From positions 1 to 25,843 of IMG/VR virus record IMGVR_UViG_3300017726_001890: 25,843 bases of DNA; one strand, given 5' to 3'. Below, piece by piece: positions 24,853-25,843 of the stretch. Both the position numbers and the translations under genes were made by a program. Source of the DNA: a virus (lineage: Duplodnaviria > Caudoviricetes). The stretch's first letter is position 1; each line of letters begins with the position of its first letter. Under the pieces are notes generated by a model, which worked only from the letters and a program-made list of their open reading frames with translations, was not told the origin of the DNA and ran no database searches.

Positions 24853-25622
24853 CTCAAAAATCCTCTACTCATTCCTAAATAGTTCGCCCGGTCGCGTTGC
24901 CCAAGCCAAGAACTAACGCTACTGAGCAGCGACCCCCCAGCCTGGTAGAGAGTAGCCCTTGATTGGGCATATCCTTGGGCCTGCTGATATGCTGCCCCGG
25001 TCTTCGCAATTTCGTATCTCTGTTGCGCGTTGACTCGCTGCATGTTTCTCGAAACAGCAGCCATCTCATTTCCAAAACCCGATTGCTTCAGCGAGAGATT
25101 TGCCATGATACCGGCCACGCCAGCGTCACGCTCTTCCATATACGCTCGATCAATCAAATCCCTCCGCTCGTAGTTGATCTCCCTCTGCATCTCGTCTAGT
25201 GCGAGTTCAGCCTTTCCAGCCGTCTCGACTAGTAATTCCAACGGTGATCCCTGCTCGGTAACTCCGCTCGCCGCTATGGAAGAACGCTGCGAAGACTGAA
25301 ACCTCTCAAAATCGGCTCGCTTGCGTCTGATCTCCTCCCGGCTCGCGGTCGTTCGCGCTTCAGCGAATTGCCGCAATCGTAGCGCGTTTTGCTCCCGCGC
25401 CTCGATCTCTTTTTCAACGATGAAGTAATTAAACTGAGCATCTTGAAACGCCATCTGAGATTGGATCTCGTCAAGCTGAAGCGCATCCATCTCCGCTCGC
25501 AGATTAAACCCGGCGTTCGACTCAGCGATCATCCGGTTAAAGTTAGCTTGGTTGCGTTGCATCCGCGCCTGACTCAGACCACCGAAAATTGATAATCCTG
25601 CACCTAGAAGTCCAAAAATCAT
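24849..25622 (-). CDS. Internal virion protein (T7 gp14 position)
   Basis: Hydrophobic G/A N-terminus, QR..IAASGV...GSPL motif, A/Q-rich helices. Confidence 0.78.
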   Translation of the reverse strand: MIFGLLGAGLSIFGGLSQARMQRNQANFNRMIAESNAGFNLRAEMDALQLDEIQSQMAFQDAQFNYFIVEKEIEAREQNALRLRQFAEARTTASREEIRRKRADFERFQSSQRSSIAASGVTEQGSPLELLVETAGKAELALDEMQREINYERRDLIDRAYMEERDAGVAGIMANLSLKQSGFGNEMAAVSRNMQRVNAQQRYEIAKTGAAYQQAQGYAQSRATLYQAGGSLLSSVSSWLGQRDRANYLGMSRGFLR

Positions 25623-25627
25623 TTTAA

Positions 25628-25843
25628 TTAATCCCCGTCTACGTTTAGTTTGTGAACCATCGACAGTATGTTCGCTGGCAGTGGTTTCTTCTGTCGAATC
25701 GTGAAATCGATTGAGTCATTGAATCGGCTCATATCCACCACCTCAATCTCGTCCGTTGTGAGCGGAGTCTGACCATCAAGAGGAGTAGTGATGCTGATGT
25801 CCTTTACTTCCTGCCAATCCTTTTCTCGCTCAGAATTGTAGGA
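25628..25843 (-). CDS. Partial (C-terminus) tail tubular protein B / nozzle
   Basis: Manual translation ...DFTIRQKKPLPANILSMVHKLNVDGD*; the IRQ..PLP..ILS ending and the synteny fit T7 gp12-like proteins. Confidence 0.7.
   Translation of the reverse strand, partial: SYNSEREKDWQEVKDISITTPLDGQTPLTTDEIEVVDMSRFNDSIDFTIRQKKPLPANILSMVHKLNVDGD

Noticed and set aside
14211-25622. Many plus-strand and alternative-frame ORFs of 60-170 aa
   Set aside because: Shadows of long structural genes.
1-25843. CRISPR array, DGR/retron reverse transcriptase, phage RNA polymerase
   Set aside because: No regularly spaced repeats and no RT or RNAP motifs seen.

Overview
About 26 kb of a temperate tailed phage, apparently in non-integrated (attP-intact) form, with phage genes from end to end. 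Right to left on the minus strand is a T7/podovirus-like virion module: the C-terminus of tail tubular protein B, three internal-virion/ejection-type proteins including a 2735-aa polyvalent protein with an ADP-ribosyltransferase-like insert, and a tail fibre. A lysis cassette follows (holin, spanin-like pair, PG-binding/CHAP endolysin), then a metallophosphoesterase and small ORFs. A plus-strand island holds repressor - attP (5' half of tRNA-Ala(GGC) flanked by arm-type repeats) - tyrosine integrase - tandem RHH-like protein. A divergent leftward operon encodes small regulators, Bet/Exo, VRR-NUC, a split dual-frame C5 methyltransferase, a replication initiator with internal iteron-like repeats, tiny basic proteins, TerS, a TGT/DpdA-like protein and QueD. 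The main oddities are: (1) a dispersed, strand-polarised 11-16 bp motif (minus strand AGGTTTCAGGAGACGC) in 5 copies; (2) an attP carrying the 5' rather than 3' tRNA half, between repressor and integrase; (3) a two-gene deazaguanine-type cassette; (4) the overlapping two-frame methyltransferase; (5) FSVI-bounded domain cassettes in the giant protein. All family calls come from motif recognition by eye; no searches were run and the host is not determinable here.
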